This document shows positions 61,601 to 64,000 of a stretch of DNA of 64,000 bases, piece by piece; the first letter of the stretch is position 1; each line of letters begins with the position of its first letter. The position numbers were made by a program, and so were the translations under genes. Origin of the DNA: Phallusia mammillata (taxonomy: Eukaryota); assembly GCA_965637545.1 (NCBI GenBank), contig OZ281494.1, positions 1,116,001 through 1,180,000 of the forward strand, read 5' to 3'. Under the pieces are notes generated by a model. The model had not been told where the DNA came from. It ran no database searches and was given only the letters and a program-made list of their open reading frames with translations.

Positions 61601-64000
61601 TCCACCGTTTCCTTGCAAAACCACTCGAGCATGATCGTCTGTAAAACAATGACACGAAAAAAATGTTTAACCTTGTTAATCTAACTACTTCACAATTTAT
61701 GTTTCAGAAGTGTTACAACAAATATCCAGCGTAATAAAAAACCGTTAACTAATACTAGTCAAATAACAATACCTCTTTTTGTTAGTAACTGTTACAATCA
61801 ATCAAAATAAAACAAAATTTACTCCAGTTTTACCGTGGATGTGAATTCTGTTATAACGCGGAAACAAATGTACAACAACTATGCCCATTATAAATAAAGG
61901 GATTTCTAATACTTACAAGGATAAATATTCTTGTAGCGGTTTCTCACAGCATTTTGCGGTAATTGTGACACGTCCCTTGTTCTCTCGTTGTTTTTACTTT
62001 GGCTTTCGACTTCCTGAAAAATGATCAAACCAATGAAAGGAGTGTTAAAGGTTTTTTTTTCTTGAATTGCTCGGACATAAATGTTTAATATAGTTTTCTC
62101 TAACCTCAAACTCGGTTACAAATAGAAGTCCTGACTCAACATTTTGCTTGAACACCTCAAACAATTTGATGATTCTGCAGTTTTTTGAGGGGACAACAGA
62201 AGAAGATATGTTTTCGTATATCACGGGTCCTGTTGAAACCATTATGTATATTTCAGCATGGCTCTACGGTGTTGTTTTCATCAATTTTATTAGCAATTTT
62301 CCTATTAGTTAATTAGCAATTTTCTATAGTAGAAGTTACCTGCTGGTGACATTTGCGATGAAAACTCTACTTTCGAAGGCGGATCTTTATTATTTCTGCA
62401 AACACAGAATAGCTTTAAGTTAAACTTTTTTATCTTTTTTGTTTCTATTCATTTGTACGTGAGTGTTTAATCTTTGCTTTAATAAAAAACAAGTTTGTAT
62501 ATTTAATCGTGATCTAAATTTCAGTCGGTGGTAAAAATTTGGTTACCGGGCATCATGAGCAGAAGAATTTTATCCAAAATGTTTTGATCAAAAAGATTAA
62601 AGAAATATATACGTTTTGTGAGCTAAATCAGTTAATGAAAAACCTGTTTCGACGTTTAATTATAACCACCAGCACAGCAATGACAAGTACCAGAAGCAAC
62701 AGCCCGATCACCAGACCAGCAATCATTCCAACACTAGTCGCAGGATTTGTTCCAGGATAACAGTTTGGAGGTGGATTTCCCAGAGTTGTTACTGTCAGAT
62801 TGGATGTGATGTTTGTGTTGATTGAACCAGTGACTATGGATGTAACCTGTGATACAAAAAAATACTTTCAGTTTAATTTTCAACAAAACGATTTTTAAGA
62901 TTTTTTTCTGTTTATTTTTGCTTGGTCAAATATGAAAGAGAACAAGTCCTTACCAATATTTCATACAAAGTAGAGTGAAGGAGATCTTCTATCATAGTTG
63001 ATTTATTGCAATAAGGAACAGAGATTGTTTGATTCCAACCCTCGACTTCAATTTCAACCTGTATGTAATTTGGATGCAATGATGAATTTAGTTTTTTTTT
63101 TCAGAAAATTTGTCACACTTTCAGGTTCGTTTATTAAACAATAAAGACTCAAAAAACAACAACAAAGAGTTTCCATTAGACCTGCGCTAACAGATCGTTG
63201 TTGATGAGAAATTGATCAAGTCCAGTCCAATTGACAAGCACATTTGAAGCGTTGCAAGGAAATGTCTCCGCAGTCGAGTTTACTGGAATAAAAGATTTAC
63301 TGTTTGTGTTTTACAAAACTTGCAGTAATTCAACAAATATTGCAGGCGTTTTAAAAATCGTGTTTGTTAATCACTTGTCTGCACTCCATATTTCTGTTTA
63401 ATTTTACTAAAAATGTTACCTTTAGGATAGCAGCTTTGCGGGGGATTACCCGGAGTTGTTACTGTCACATTAGATGCGATGTTTGTGTTGATTGAACCAG
63501 TGACAATCACTGTGACCTGAAAGATATCAAACACGTAACTAGTCTTGTAGGTTTCACCTTAAATGTGTTAGATCAACTCTCAATGGAAAACAAATTCACC
63601 TGAATCTCGTACAACGTTGAGTGACTGAGATCTTCTATTAAGACCGAATTGCTAAAGTACGAAACTGAACTTGATTTGTTTAAACCCTCGATGTTTATCT
63701 CAACCTGCATGTAGTTTGGTTACAAATATCTGTTTGAGAAACACACAAACTTGCTGTCAACCTGCGCCACGAGATTGTTGTTGTTGATGAATTGATCAAG
63801 TCCAGTCCAACTGACAAGCACAGTTGAAGCGTTGCATGGAAATGTTTCTGCAGTCGCAATTACTACAATGTATAAAAATAAGCCACTGATTATAGATTGC
63901 AAAGTTAGAGAAACACTTTGCCTGTTTCTTGGGAATTAGGGTCGCTAAATACTTAAAATTTGCATCAATGTTTACCTTCAGGGTAACAGCTTGAAGGGGG
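58645..64000 (-). CDS. G1: FN3(n)-TM-PTP(D1)-PTP(D2) receptor tyrosine phosphatase, 3' part (5' end beyond the window), apparently intact
   Basis: FN3 exons 62950-63990; TM exon ~62640-62850; D1 with NRY, KCEKYWP, WPDHG and [10 protein letters not shown]; D2 with ACS.GSTRTG; ends ...DFDTYSNFQ* (58645-58647). No disruption seen. Confidence 0.82.

Noticed and set aside
400-63840. Recurrent ~50-bp motif gatgaattgatcaagtccagtccaactgacaagcacagttgaagcgttgcatg as a CRISPR-like or dispersed repeat
   Set aside because: It encodes [17 protein letters not shown] of the FN3 exons on the minus strand; spacing is irregular and the context is eukaryotic.
362-63902. Most short ORFs in the supplied track, including all plus-strand ORFs except 51763-52530
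   Set aside because: They are antisense shadows of receptor exons, exon-plus-intron read-throughs or chance ORFs in AT-rich DNA; their recurrence reflects segmental duplication, not independent genes.

Overview
AT-rich eukaryotic genomic DNA with many short GT-AG introns. The compact introns and gene content suggest an invertebrate chordate such as an ascidian, but that is inference. Almost the whole window is a head-to-tail tandem array, all on the minus strand, of one family of type I membrane receptor genes that I assembled by hand from exons. The shared architecture is signal peptide, two atypical C-type-lectin-like domains (CTLD), 2-4 Cys-containing fibronectin type III (FN3) modules each encoded by three exons, and a transmembrane helix. 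Two alternative cytoplasmic ends occur. (i) Tandem D1/D2 protein tyrosine phosphatase domains of PTPRA/PTPRE (R4)-like type: G1 58645->64000, G4 39425-48389, G5 25566-34916, G8 8015-16094. (ii) A short enzyme-free tail ending in two tyrosine motifs (EYETV...TYETIT*): G2 54411-57626, G3 51096-53189, G7 17930-22806, plus a relic at ~36915. G9 (1-4403) is cut off by the window and G6 (23899-24455) is a 5' fragment. Phosphatase and tail genes (or their relics) largely alternate along the array. Ectodomains appear shuffled between copies, one CTLD1 loop is hypervariable, and several copies carry stops or frameshifts. This looks like a rapidly evolving paired-receptor (immune or allorecognition-like) cluster; the functional reading is inference. 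Also present: a Penelope-like retroelement with inverted terminal repeats, a 14-bp TSD and candidate minimal hammerhead ribozymes, a second degenerate GIY-YIG fragment, a hAT-type MITE, a 26-bp minisatellite insertion and an orphan intronless ORF. All exon models are manual and need RNA-seq confirmation.
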